From Microthyrium microscopicum (Eukaryota), in the NCBI GenBank assembly GCA_010405405.1, contig MU004230.1, positions 3,258,627-3,322,626 of the forward strand: a stretch of 64,000 nt of DNA, read 5' to 3'. The notes beneath the pieces were generated by a model. That model saw nothing but the letters and a program-made list of their open reading frames with translations. It was not told where the DNA came from and ran no database searches. Positions 11,560 through 25,540 of the stretch are shown in pieces (the stretch's first letter is position 1; each line of letters begins with the position of its first letter). The translations under genes were made by a program, and so were the position numbers.

Positions 11560-13124
11560 TTCCCCCTTGTATGATAAATCCTTTTCTAGAAATCATTGAG
11601 CATGACCTTTACGCGACCGATGAATGGCTTTTCGCTAGTGGACTAGCATCGAACAAAGTCGTACGACACTTTGCTTCTAGACGCTCTCGGCATTGACCGG
11701 GGTGGCGGATTCTTAGAATCCCAAAATTCAAAGCTTAGATACACGTGGCGAGTAGGCAGATTGGGTGCGGGTGAGTCAAGCTTACCGTGAATTTGGGCTG
11801 AGATTGCAATTCAAGCGAGTTGCGTTCGCTTAGGCCTCGTGGGTGAGCAAGCGAAGTGAGATGACTTGGGTTTTGATAACAGAGAACACGAGGCTGCGGC
11901 TGATGCCGCCTTGCCGACAAGGCTGTTGGTAGAAAGCGAACATTGGGATTGGCGTTGACATTTTGATCTTAAAAGTTGGTGAAACTGAAAGTAACTATCA
12001 GGAAAGCGAAACAGATTCGAACTTGATGGTAAGCTATAATCTACAAGACTGGTGAGTATATGCGATATGTATCCTCCCAACTGCTGAATCCAGGAAATTG
12101 CTCTATGCATATATGAGTGTTGAGTTGCACTTTGATTTTAGAACACACACATCACGGATACCAATGCTACACGAAACATTTCAATTGAATGGTCCGACGT
12201 TACAACAAACCGGCCAGTATTTGCTACTCGCTCCGGAAGGACGCACGTCGTTGAGCTCGTGTCGTAAGGTACCATCACACGACATCCTGAATCATGAGGT
12301 ACGAACTGCTGCTGTGGCTGCTTTGATGTAAGACAAGAATTGTCGATCGCAGCTATCTGACAGGTCGATCTGGTATACGTACGTGTACTATAGGCGATCG
12401 TTGTAGATCTTTTTGAATATTCCATGACCTTCGACTTCTCGGGGCCGGATTTTAGACACGGTGATATCCAAGAAGACTGATTTCTTTGGACTGGCGCACT
12501 TTCCCACGTTGTTGAGGCTCGAATTAGCCTCCTTTCGTGTTAGCTCTGATTAGCCTAGACTTGCATTGGTCTAGCTAAAATTACGGGCTTGAACTGGAGG
12601 ATCTCCACGAGGATCTAGCCAAGGGCAATGCTTGCGGAAATCGCGCACAATTTGGCTCAATAGGGACTAAATGATCCTTCCTCCAACTACTTCCATGGAA
12701 GGTCTTGAGAAAAGGGGGAGTTTTCATCGGATGTACCCTACCACCACCGTCTGCTTTACTACTGATCGTTGACTGAGTACAATTTTATTGACGCTACCGG
12801 CGCTATTGCAATTCTGATCAACATTCATAGGTGATAATCCACGGGCCGCTTGCACTCGTGCCTTGCAAAGCGCAAAGCTGTGCATCTTGTCCCTCCGTTG
12901 TACCACAAGGTTCGTTCTCATGAGATTGCGTTGGCACGTTGCAAGCTAAGTTATCAATGTCTGATAACTGGTTCGCAGCGTAATCAGCAGCAAGGAGCAT
13001 GGGAAGTTTGAACTTTGCAGGCAAGCAAGCTGCAGGTCAGTTTCGAACTTTCGATCATCTCCAATTTTATAAAGGGCCGACAACAAGGACCGACGAGCCA
13101 ACGAGTGCATTTGCTGGGTATGCC

Positions 13125-13276
13125 AAGGAGAAGTTTCCACACACCCTACTCAATGGCACCCCCATGTTTCTACATACCCTCTAGGGGTTGCTTAGACCCT
13201 ATCACTAAATTAGGTAGCGCGCTACCAAAATTAATAATAGAGGCTAGAATATAGCAAGATACGTATAGATTTATAG
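13125..13276 (+). repeat. Left TIR of the MULE
   Basis: aaggagaagtttccacacaccctactcaatggcacc...gatttatag matches the reverse complement of 16399-16549, with mostly transition differences and one indel. Confidence 0.93.
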
Positions 13277-13439
13277 GCAAATTGTATAGGATTATAAGAT
13301 TTTTAGTAAGCATATTTTTAGGGTACTATTAAAGCAAGATTTTAATATTAGTAGTAAATTATATATGTTAAGACGTAGAATAAGCTAAAGAGAAGAAAAA
13401 TAACACTAAATTACTATATTCTCCCTAATTCCTAATATT

Positions 13440-14870
13440 TTAACGCTAAACGCTAGTTACTATAAGATTACGTATTATGTCCTAATCCCTTATAGATTAA
13501 ATACTTCTATTAAATAATTACTAAAGGTTAAATTAGCTACTCTATCTATTATCTCTTTTTCTATAAGGGCCTCTACGTCTTTAATATATCTAGTAAAAGA
13601 AGAAAAGAATTATTAGACATCTTAAGATTAGTAATACTAATAAGCTTTATATAAAAGTTAGTTAGTATAGTATACTTATTATCTTTATCTTTATTAGTAT
13701 TAATATAAGCCTTCTTAAAGGACTTAATTAACTATATTAGATATATAAAATTAATAGAATTCTCTCTAATAGTAATAATAGCTTTAAATACGTATAAGTA
13801 GAGAAATTACTTATTCTACTATCTATAGTAATTATAGGTCTTAGAATTAATATTAATAGTATATTCCTTTAGATAAAAAGTATATTTTAATATACTAATA
13901 AGGGTTATAAAATTAAAAGAATTAAGTATAATAATAGTAACCTATTTAGAATAAAATAATATAGTATTATAGAAGTATTAACTATAATAAGTAAGATCTA
14001 TAAGTATAAGATATTACTATAGATTTAAATGTTTATAAATTTAATCTTTAGCTTCTTAACGCTTAAAGCGCTTTTTAATAATATAATTCTAAATACTATT
14101 TAAAAGAAGAATAAGATACTTATAATAATAGCCTTTAAGAGCTAAATTAGCAATCTTAATAGTATTAGATATTAACTAATTATAACGCAGCGTAGAGAAA
14201 TATTTATAGACCTATTTCTCTTTAAGTAGCTTTTTAACATAATTCTTAAAGCTAATAAAATAGTTAAGAATATCCTATAGTATTAAATAGTTCTATTAAT
14301 AAGTAGAATTATAGTTAATATAGTAATTAAACTATCTTAATACTTATATACCAAAATTAGACTATATATTCTACTTAAGATAAAAAGAATACTATCTAAG
14401 GGCATAAACCTTAAAATTCAAGTTTAGCGCATTTAAAAGATCTTAATTTTAATTAGTAATTATAGTAGAGCAAAATTTTAGAAGAGATATAGTTAAATAT
14501 AGTTAGATATCTTAAAAATATAATTAAGAAAGAGGAAGGAAAAAAGGCTAAAAGAATAGTAAATCTAGCTAAAAGAAAGTAAATCTAGAGACTAGCGCTA
14601 AGACTTATAAGGATTACTAATCTTAATACTAAGCATTACGCGTCCTAAATATATATATATCTACTCCTATAACTTATTATTCTTACCTTTAAAGATACTA
14701 AATATATAAATTATTATATTAGCTTTACTATTAAATCTAGTAATAATAACTATCTTAGTATTATATCCTATTTTATAATAGGCAACATCTAAACTAATAA
14801 TTTTAAGTAACTAGGCAAAAGTTACTTAACTAATAAATAAATATATAAATATACGTTAGATCTACTCTAT
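13440..14870 (-). pseudogene. MULE transposase relic (recognisable part; the gene probably extends further toward 16.3 kb)
   Basis: Manual de-RIP translation gives the MULE core IISLDAAHCK..Y....GFD......FGIFEGENDESWEW (~14650-14800), IITDR...NAL..F....C.FHL.QN (~14360-14470), a SWIM-like CTC...LPxCH followed by DPHWH (~13890-14010) and a C-terminal knuckle CLICKGLGHNTQSC (~13462-13506). Confidence 0.82.
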
Positions 14871-16398
14871 AAGAGCCTTCTTAAATACGATATAAACTTT
14901 AGGATTTACCTATTTAAAAGCCTTAATCTAGGAGAGAAGCATCTAATAGCTATTAAGGAATTTATCTTTAACTTTTCTAAATATCTTACGCTTTAGCTAA
15001 GATACTTATTAAAGGGTAATAGCCTAACCTATATATTTATAAATTATATTATAAATATCCTAATTTAGTATATTTTTATTAAAAGCGCTATAGGCTTTAA
15101 TAAGCTTCTTTATAATCTATAACTTTAAAGTATATACCTATTATAAAGTAGTTCTTATTAAATAGGTATAGTCTTTAGGCGTATTAATCTACATTAAAAT
15201 CTACTTCTTCTTAATAATATTAATGTATCTAAGAATTAATTTTATAGTACGCATGCCCTACTTATAAGTATCCTTTTAATACTACTAGAGCTATTAATCC
15301 CCTCCTAAACCTTTCTTCTTACAAACTTTAAATCCTACCTTTACTACTATAAGATATAGAATAGTATTAATATCCTAATAGTTATTATATACTAAACTAA
15401 CCTATAACTTCTTTTATAATTCCTCTTTATCTTTAGTAGCACTAGTAGTAATAATAAGATTAATTAATTCTAGCGTTAGCATAGTACTATAAATATTATT
15501 CTTAAGGGGCCCTAAATATAAGAAGGTACCTAGCTCTAGCTTATTATTATTAACGCTAGTAAGATTAATAAAGTTAACTTTAAGAAGAAGTACTAGATTC
15601 TTAATAAGAATAGCATTAAAGTCTAAAGCCTACTTAATAAGAACGTATCTAGATAAGTATAAAGAAGCTATAGTAAAGTATAAGTAAGTAAATACAAATA
15701 GGATAAAGATATAATATCTTTTAAATAAATTATAATATAAAACGCTAATATTCTAATATAGATAGTTCTAAGCTTCTAAAAATACGCCTAAAGCCTACTC
15801 TTTATCTCCTTTACCTCTCTATATTACTATAGCTAATTCTATAGTATAAATTACTACTAAAAAGTAGTATATTTAATCTTCTTACTTAATTCTCTATATA
15901 CTATACATTTTTATACTTTTTAATAATTTTAGCTAATTTTAACGTACTATAGTATTAAAATATAGCTTTTGCGCCTAAAGCTAAATCTATAGCTATTCTT
16001 AAATTCTTAATATCTTAATAGCTAATTCTATAATAGAAATCTCTATTAAAAAGTAATATATTATATCTTATCTATTCTTAATCTACTCTATACTAAATTT
16101 TTATAATTTTTATAATTTTATACTATTTTAAGTAATATAGCGTTAAAATCTTACTTCTACGTAGAGCTACTATAAAAACTAGATCTATAGCTTTTAGTGC
16201 TTACCTATTTAATATCTAAATCTTAATACCTAATTTAATAGTATAAATCTCTATTAAAAAGTAGTATATAATATCTTTCTATTAAATTCTATTAATTTTA
16301 CTATTTTTATACCTTTTAGAGAACTCTACTATTAATTTAGAGGTAAATCTAGCTTCTATAGCTAAATCTAGCCTCTAAAGCAATAATAGGGTCCTTTA

Positions 16399-16549
16399 CT
16401 ATAAACCTATATGCATCTTGCTATATTCTAGCCCTTATTATTAATTTTGGTAGCATGCTACCTAATTTAGTAATAGGGTCTAAGCAACCCCTAGAGGGTG
16501 TGTAGAAACACGAGGTGCCATTGAGTAGGGTGTATAGAAACTTGTCCTC
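16399..16549 (-). repeat. Right TIR of the MULE
   Basis: Reverse complement reads gaggacaagtttctatacaccctactcaatggcacctcgtgtttctacacaccctctaggggttgcttagacc... Confidence 0.93.
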
Positions 16550-18100
16550 TAGGTATATTCCTTTGTATCCTTAACTAAATTATTAACGTATACTACATCC
16601 GCTAGAAGATAATCCTTTTAGGACTAACGTTAAACCCAAAATATACGAATAGACTACTAATCTTCTATCCCCCCTAAAATGTACCTAAAGTTTGCCTATA
16701 TTAAAAATATATACGTTAGTAAGCTATAATTTAATAGAATAACTTATAAAATTTTAGAGTTAATTAGATTAAAATTAGTAAAATAATGCTATAGTAACTA
16801 AATTTACTAATCCTCTAATCTAGATGCCTACTATTCCTTTAAAATTAGCTTAATCTTGTCCTCTAGCGTTAGTTTACTAACTAAAATGCTAAACTATACT
16901 AATACGTTTCTATCTATAGTTCTACGTATAGATATTAAGGAAGAAGAAGGAGATATTCTTTTTAAAGCTCTTTCTTCTAGTAATAACGATAATATACTTT
17001 CTAGGCTAGAAACTAGTAGATTGCTATTACTATTATATCTTAAAGTTCCTCTACCTAATTTTAACTTAGGCTTATATCTAAATTCTATAGATAGAGATAT
17101 AATTTATACTTCTAAATCTAGACGTAGAATACTTATAGAAGGTTAACTAGAGATAGATTTTATTCCTCTTTAACGTCTAGTATATTATAAATTTACTATA
17201 AGGCTACTAAATAATTTCTATTATAAAGCGCTAGTATTATAATATTAAATTTTATATTAATTACCTCGTAGATTAGTAGATCTAGCTCCCTTAATTAAAG
17301 ACTATAAATTATAAAATTTAGATGCCTTTTATACTTACTACGATATGCTACTAATCTTCTTTAATATATTGTGAAAGGACTAAGACTTTAATTTAATTAC
17401 TATTAATACTAATCTATATCTATAATCTAATCTTCTTACTATAGGCAAAGATATAGATTTAATTAAGCCTATTTTAGTAGAGGAAATCTAGATATTCCTT
17501 AGTATCTTTATCTATTTTAGAGCTTACTTAATTTAAGATATTATAGATCTCTAGAGCTTTAATAGCACTATACTGCTTAATAATATCTATACCTTTATAA
17601 ATTAAGATTAATAGTAGATTATAAAAAGGAATATTTATTTAAAAGCTCTTAATTAGATAGAAGTACTTAAGACCTTCGCGTAGAGAAGAGAAGTATTATT
17701 TAAGAAGTTAGATTCCTTATCCTTAACTCTCTCTTAGCGCTTTAAAGATATTATAATTTTTACGAACTACGTCTTAATTAATAAGATAATAGTAAAGTTT
17801 ACTAGTAGAATTAGCGCTACTATATATATAAAAGAGAAACTAATTCCTAAAGGCTTTAAAGTGCTTACTACCTGCTTCTTAGGTTACCTATAGGATTATC
17901 TTTATATAATTCTTAGTAGTTTCTTATTATTAGATAGTAATAAAGATATACTTACCTATGCCTATTCTTAAAGTCCTCCTTTAGATACTTTAAGCTTTTA
18001 GAGTAATATAAATATAATATCTTAGGTAGTTCTTATAATAGCACTTACCTTATCGTTTATACTTAAACGCTTCCTAATCTTTACTAATAACTTCTTTAAT

Positions 18101-18322
18101 TGTAAGGAGCTATTAGGCACGATCAGGCAAGTAGAATGTAGCTAATATTGTAGGATCTACGTACGGAGAGAAGAGATCTAGAGATAGAGCTACGGATGTA
18201 AAGATATAGAGCCTAGGGGATCCTTAGACACACTAACCCTAAACGGGATAAAGAAATCTTATCTATAGAATTAGATCTCTAGATCTAACACTAAAACACT
18301 AAACCTATAAGGATTCCTTATA
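18101..18322 (-). repeat. 3' LTR of Gypsy A
   Basis: Direct repeat of 25541-25762; 21 mismatches counted by hand, all transitions, no indels. Confidence 0.95.
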
Positions 18323-18374
18323 TAACTCCTCCCTTTTAAAACAGACCTTCTAGGCTATTTTAATCTATTCTATT

Positions 18375-18417
18375 CTAGGCTAGGCTAGGCTAGTCTAGTC
18401 TAGTCTAGTCTAGTCTA
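18375..18417. repeat. Pentanucleotide microsatellite (CTAGG/CTAGT)n in the 3' untranslated part of Gypsy A
   Basis: ctaggctaggctaggctagtctagtctagtctagtctagtcta. Confidence 0.85.
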
Positions 18418-21400
18418 TATAAATACTAAAACTCCTTTATATGTATTACTACTAAGAAATATATAATACGTTATCTACTAACCCTAGCGACTATTAAAAC
18501 CTATTAATAAAGGTAAGGATATCTATTTAAGATAGTCTATAGTATCTAATAGTCTTAATAGTAGCATTATTAAAAATAAACTAAAAACAAAGGATATAAA
18601 ACTATAAAAATAAAGCGCTTTTATGCTATAAGATTCTAATCTATGAGCAAACTATTAATATTGTAATCTTCTTCCTAGTTAAGCTTTAGCAGCTTTTACG
18701 AAGAATATAGACCTAGTTTATTAAGATATAAATAATAAAACTCTAAGATAGCATTAGGCGCGTTAAGCACGTTCTACTATAGTTGCTAACTCTTATTATA
18801 ATAACTATTCTATTTAATCCTATATTTAAAGACTTTGCCTTTACTATAGCCTTCCTATTTACTATTAGTAATAGCGTCTATAAGCTATTCTTCTTCTTTA
18901 CCTTTAACTTTACTAATAATAGCTAGTAGAGGATTAACTTCTTTAAGAAGCTTAGCCTTGTTATTAATAGGATATAATAACTAAGTATAAAATACTAGAT
19001 GCATTTTTATTAACTTAAGTAGATCTAATTTATAAGTAATACTATTAATCTTATAAAGGACTTTAAATAGTTCTACGCTCTTATTATTAAGCGTTTTTAA
19101 AGGACGTATTATATTATAGTTATAAACGTTAAGATAAACTTAATCTCCTAGATAAAGATTAAGCGCTAGACGCTAGTACTTATTAGCGTAGAGCTTTTAC
19201 TATAACTACGCCTATACTAATTATTTCTTTAAGAATTAGTATAACTTCTCTCTACCGTCCTAAATATAGTCTACTAAGGTAACTTCCTTATAAGCTACTA
19301 TAGATTTATATAAAGCCTTAGGTAGTAGATAATAAGCTAATTCTAATCCTAATTTTAGTAGAAAGCTATTCTAAGCTTTAAATAGTATAAAGCCTATAGT
19401 AGCGCTTACTATAGAATTAACTACAAACTTAGCAAAGAGTAATAACGAAGCCTAATTATCTTAGTCCTAGTTAATAAATAAGCATAGGTACTATTTAAGT
19501 ATAGCAATTAAAATTTCTATAATTCTATTTATCTTAGGATACTAAGCTATACTTAACCTTAAAGTAATATTAATACGCTTATAAAGGCGGCCTTAAAATA
19601 CTAATATAAACTAAGTTCCTCTATCTAATAGAATAGAATCTAGCTAACTATAAAGCTTCTAAACGTAGTTAATAAACATAATAACTATTATTTTAACTAA
19701 TAGGTTAAGGAAAGCAATAAATCTCTAAGACTATATAAAGCAATTAACTATAACTATAATATAGTAATAGATAATCCCTTAGTATATATATCTTAGCAAG
19801 AAGATAGCAAAGTTAATAGAAATATCTAACTAAGTATAATTTAGTAGTAGGAAGGATCTTAATAAACCTTACTTCTTTTAATATATAGGTTTAGCAAAGA
19901 TATAGTAATAGCTCTTAATAAAAGTCTTTACTAACTCTAATATGCGTAGCTACTAGTAATCTTACTATAAATAGTAGTATATTATTATAACTCCTTTATA
20001 TCTTATTACCTTATATTAATAAGCCTACTTTATAGCTTTATAACGTAAATAAATAGTAGAGATAAAGAGCTTTTGCTAGTAAAGCATAGTACTATCTAGC
20101 ATAGCTTTATAATTTGTTAACTTAATATACTCTTAGTTAAGGATATTAAAAGGTAAGAAGTAGTCTTTTTATGCTTTAGCTAGCTAAATTGCAATTAATA
20201 GCTTATTAACCTTACTTACTTTTATTACCTCTTTTAAGAACTATTTTAGGGCAAAGTCTAAAAATTCCTTATTAACTAGTAAAGAATTATCTAAACTAGC
20301 TAGAGCCTTATTCTAAAGGCTTTCTATAATAGGTTTTAAATATAATTCCTCTATTATAGTAGCATCTAACTTATTTACTATAATTATAGCTACTTATAAA
20401 AAGGATAAGGTAATAGAGTTAATAAGAATTATAGTAAGTTTAATTACTTTTTTTATACTAAACTAGTAGAGGAATAAAAGTAGTTAATACTATTAAGTAA
20501 TCTATAGATTATTATTACTTTAAGGAAGATCTTAAGAACGTCTTATAAAGGCATTAGCTTTACTATTAGCTATTCCTAGGCGATATTTAATAAGGAAGTA
20601 GAATTATAATAAGAATTTAGCCTATTGTATTTAATAGTAAGTAAGCTTCTTTATTTTTATAAATATCTAGAGGTTTTAATAATCTAAAAAGACCTTAATA
20701 ACGTCTTCTATGCCAAAAAGTTTAGGTTCTTATTCTTTAAAAGCTTAGACAATAGCTAATAGCTTCTTATTATAGATATTATAATTATATTCTATAAGTA
20801 TTATCTTTTTAGATAAAAACGTAATAAGTTTAAGATCTCTATTAGTATCCTTTTATAATAGCACTACTATATATACCCAATCTAAGGCATCTATTTCTAT
20901 CTAAGTTTCCTTATTATAGTTAAAGTAAATAAAGATAGAAGTAAAAGTAAAAGCTTCTTTAAGAGCTTTAAATACTCTCTCTTTAGGCTCCTCCAAATCC
21001 TACGAGAAGACTATAATAGCGTTCTTTCTTATAAGATTAATTAATAGCGCCGCTATAGCTAAATAGCTAAATATAAAGTAATAGTAGAAATTTGTAAATC
21101 TAAGGAACGCCTAAACGTTTTTTAAGCACGCTAGTTATTCTTATTCTAGTATCGCCTAAACTTTAGCAGAATCTATTTTGATATCCTTAATAGTAATAAT
21201 TAGACTAAGGTATTTAACTTCCTAGATATAGAATTTAGACTTCTTAATATCTAGAAATAAACCTACACGTTCTAATATATTTAAGATAAGATAGACATAT
21301 ACGTTATATTCTTTTAACGTCTTACTAAAGACTAAGATATTATTAAGGTAGATAGTAACGAAGTTATTAAGGAATTATATTAACGCGTAGTTAACATAAG

Positions 21401-24400
21401 ATTAGAACGTTTCTAATCTCCCTATAAGACTAAAGGAGAGGACGTTAAATTTAAAGAGGCTATATTAAGTAAGGAAGGCTATTTTATGCTTGTTTTTAAG
21501 TTTAATCTAAATCTATTTAAACGCTATAATAATATTAAATTTAGAGTAGAACTTTGCGCGTATTAAATGCGTAAGTATTTTATTAATAAGAGAAGGAATA
21601 TTACTATTCTTAACGATAATTTCATTAAGTCTATAATAATTAATATAAACTCTAATACCTCTACCTAGCTTATTAATATAAAGTATTAGTATAGCATATT
21701 AAGACTTAGAAGGCTTTATGAATCTATATACTAATAATTACTCTATATACTACTTTACTACTAATGCCTACTTTAGAGATATTAAGATAGAATAACGTTT
21801 TAGTATTTTTACGTCTAGAATAAGGTTAATAGCATAATTAAATTTACCTTAATATAGTACAAGAGTATTAGCTCGTTTTAAGTTAAAAACCTTAAAGTAT
21901 TATTAGAATTCCTCTAGAATAAGCTTTAGTATTTCTTCTTATAATATATATAAGCTGTCCTACTTATTCTACTATTTAATATAATCCTCTTTAAAGATAG
22001 CGTAAGTAGAGAGGTTTATTACTTCTTTATTATTATTATCCTTATCTATTATTTCATTATCTTTTATTTTCTCAAAATCTTCTAGCTAAAAGGTGTTAAT
22101 AATAGCGTCTTTACGCTTTAAAAGCTTCTTAAATACTATAACTAATATAAACATAATATTTATATTATTAAGAAGGGAAAGGTTAATTATACGTCCTTTT
22201 AGATTTATAAATATTAAGTAACATAATATAATATAATTAGTAATATATTATATACTACTAAAGGTTAAGGTTCTTAATCCTTTATAGAGATTAATTTTAT
22301 ATTAGTCTATCTAAGGTACTCCTAATATTAGGTTATGTGAGGCAACTTCTATAATAAAACAACTAAGTTATTTAACATAGCAACTAATATAGATATTAAT
22401 AAGGGTAGCCTTATTAATTATAGAAATAGACTTACTATTAGTAAGCTTAATAATTTAAGGTTAAGTAAGGTTAAATATTAGTATACTATATTATTATAAG
22501 TAGTGAGGATTAATAATATCTATAGCGCTACTACTTATATTAATTAAGATACCTATATTAGAATACGCTTTACTATATAGAATATAAACTTGCCCTACTA
22601 TAGTTTATTAGGATTTAATAATAAGGTCTTTCTTTTTAATATCCTTTAGCTATGCTATAGGTGTAATAAAAGCTAGTAATATATAGATAGCTTAAGAATA
22701 TACTAGTATAATGTATTCCTTACGAACTACTTCTTTATATTTAAGGCGCTTAATATAATAATATAGATATCTAATAATAACCTCCTTATTCTTACGAAAG
22801 GTCTTCTTAGCTTTTTGCTTATTAGTCTTAACATTAGGTAGTTATATATTAAGTTAGTCATCTTAATATTTCTTTCGTTTATTTTACGCTTTATTCTTAT
22901 TTAGCTCCTTCTTACGACTTAGCAAAGGAGCATCTAGTTTAATAAATAGCAATCATCTTTATCTTAAGCTTTCTTAATAGAGGGCTATTAACCTTAATGC
23001 ACGCGCGTAAATACTATAGCTAGTTAAGTAACTTTAGCTTTAATCTTCTAATTAGATAATAGCTCTTAACTCTTATAAGGTAAGTTCTTAGTATTAGCAT
23101 GATGTTCTTTTTTACTATAATAAATATAACGTTTCTTAGCCTTTAGTGCTTAAAATATATCTAGAGGTTAAGAAATATTATTATTTTTAGCGTTAATATT
23201 ACTCCCTTAATTAAAAGATTAATTATTTCCTTAATATAAGTTATTCTAACGTAAGTTACTACTATTTAAACTTATGTTAATATTTAGTTTATAGTTAATA
23301 TAACGACTAACATTATAGAGTTAAGTATAGAAGGTAGCGAAATCTTTAATATTATAGGCTACTAAGGGGTTTATAAACTTCTTTAAGATTAGATCTTTAA
23401 GTTTAACAATCTTCTTACGTTCGTTAAGTTCTATATCTATAGAGTTAGCTTTAAATCGTCTTAGAAACCTTTAAAGAGTCTTAGAATCTTTCATTTTTAC
23501 TTTAGGTAATTTTAACTAAGCTTTAGCGTCTTTAAAACTATTTTTAGAACAAAAGTAGCTATTTAAATTAGCTTATATCTTATTTATATACTTATATAGG
23601 TTCTTTAATTCTCTATCTCCTTAAATAATAGCGAGATTATAAGTAGTGCTAGTAAGATGTTAATAAATAAATTTAATCTTTTTCTTCTCTATTAGGATGT
23701 GTAAATATGCCTTATTATTAAGTAGGACGTTAAGTATCTTCTCCTTCTACATCTTATACTTAGTTATATTAATTTTAGTAAAGTTACTAGGTTCCTTAAA
23801 ATAAGGGCGACTACCTACTATACTTATAGTAGTTAATAATAGGGTTAGATATTATATTTCTATAGGTTAGACATTACCTAATATTACTAAACGTATAAAG
23901 TTTAATATATAACGACCTAGAATAGCATTATCTTCTAAATCTTTATAATTAATATAAGGTAGTAATACTATAACTAATACTACTTATAGCTATCCTTCTA
24001 GTTTAGTAACCTTAGTACGTAGCAAGCTAACTAATTCTTAGTATTAAAGGTTAGTAGCTTATTTAGTTTCCAACTTTATAATAGCCTATTATTCTAACTA
24101 GCGTGCTATATTTAATTTAATAGTATAGTTACGTTATAGTTAGTTAATATAGGCTTAAACGTCCTCTATTAAACATTACTAATCTATAGCTTTTTCCTAT
24201 AAGGTTTTAAACGACTTCTTAAGACAAGTTATATTAAAGTTTAATTCTAGGAGGTTCTTTATAATAGTATCCTATATTAATCTTAAAGACTAATAGCAAA
24301 GAGCTATAGTCTATAATATTACTAACGTAGTATAAAGTTATTTAAAGAAATCTTTAGAGTAGCCAAATTTAATATAACAGTATAGGAAATCTCCTTCTTT

Positions 24401-25540
24401 AATAGTAAAGTATTAATTCCATACTAGGTTTAATAAGTCTACTTTATCTTAATGAATTGCTAATACTTATTTTCCCTATTTTAGTCTAATTCCATATAAG
24501 GCCTATATAAATAAAGGCTTATCTACTACTAATAGAGCAACTTAGTAGTTTAGGTTTATAGATATAATAGGTAAATAGGAAAGGAATCCTAAAGGAACGT
24601 TTAGAGGATTAGGTTAACTAAGTAGTAAATCCAACTAGAGTTATATATCTTTTAGAAGACGTACTTTACCATTATTTAACGCTTTTACTACACGTTCTTT
24701 TCCTTTAATCACCTTTATTATAGAAGGGCTAGCAATCTAGGTAGCACTAGAGGTTAATACCTCTTCCTTTAATCCTAGCTCTTTTATTAACGCTACGACA
24801 AGTACTATTCTAGAAGCTTTTTCTACTTTATAGATATCTATAGAGTTCTAACGTAGGAATTTAGCGTCTTTATTATTAGAGAGTCCTTTATCCTTTTCAA
24901 GTATTAGAAGGAGTTTAATAGAATCTTAGATATTAAGTAGTTTATATTAAAGGGTTAACTATAGTATTAATATCTAATTAGCTTCCATATCCAATATAAC
25001 TAACGTAGCCTTTAAAAAGCGTCTATATAAGTTATAGGAAGATAGAGAGCGCTCTAGTAAATAAGATCATAAGCGCTTATATTTAAGATAGAGAAAACAA
25101 GGTAGCGTGCTACGATTAATGCGCTAGTCGTTCTAAGAATCTATAGTAATATTATTTCTATTATTATTAGAACTAAGATAATAGAATAATAGATATTTTT
25201 AGATAAGAGATAAGGTATATATAAGTAAATAGTAAGTAGAGAGGATATAGAAACGCCTCTATAGATCATTAGTAAAAGAATATAGTAGGGTAAACGCTTT
25301 AACTACTTTGTACTCTTTATTTTAGCAAACGACGCTAAAAAGGCGTTTATTTAATTAGATGTTTATAGCTTTTGCTAGTACCTTCTATAAGGATCTAAAC
25401 AGCGCTAATCCTAACTAAGGGCAGTACTACTAATATATTGTTATTATTTAGCAGATTTAAGCATAACTTTAGCTAGTAGCAATTTAGCGATGTATAATAA
25501 ACGCATAGAGTTATTTTTTAGTATAGAGGTACATAGATTA

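Larger units (their letters stand above)
13125..16549 (-). mobile_element. Mutator-like (MULE/MuDR) DNA transposon, ~3.4 kb, RIP-inactivated
   Basis: ~151-bp TIRs at 13125-13276 and 16399-16549; internal minus-strand transposase relic; candidate 10-bp TSD tgggtatgcc (13115-13124) / taggtatatt (16550-16559) differing by four transitions. Confidence 0.88.

Noticed and set aside
16856..17146. 96-aa ORF in the AT block
   Set aside because: It is a stop-free stretch of the RIPped piggyBac N-terminal region, not a functional gene.
18600..18760. Chromodomain at the end of Gypsy A pol (similar hint at ~27150-27330 in B)
   Set aside because: Only fragments (GRRLQY; EY.LDRIL) are readable after RIP. 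Plausible but not enough to call.
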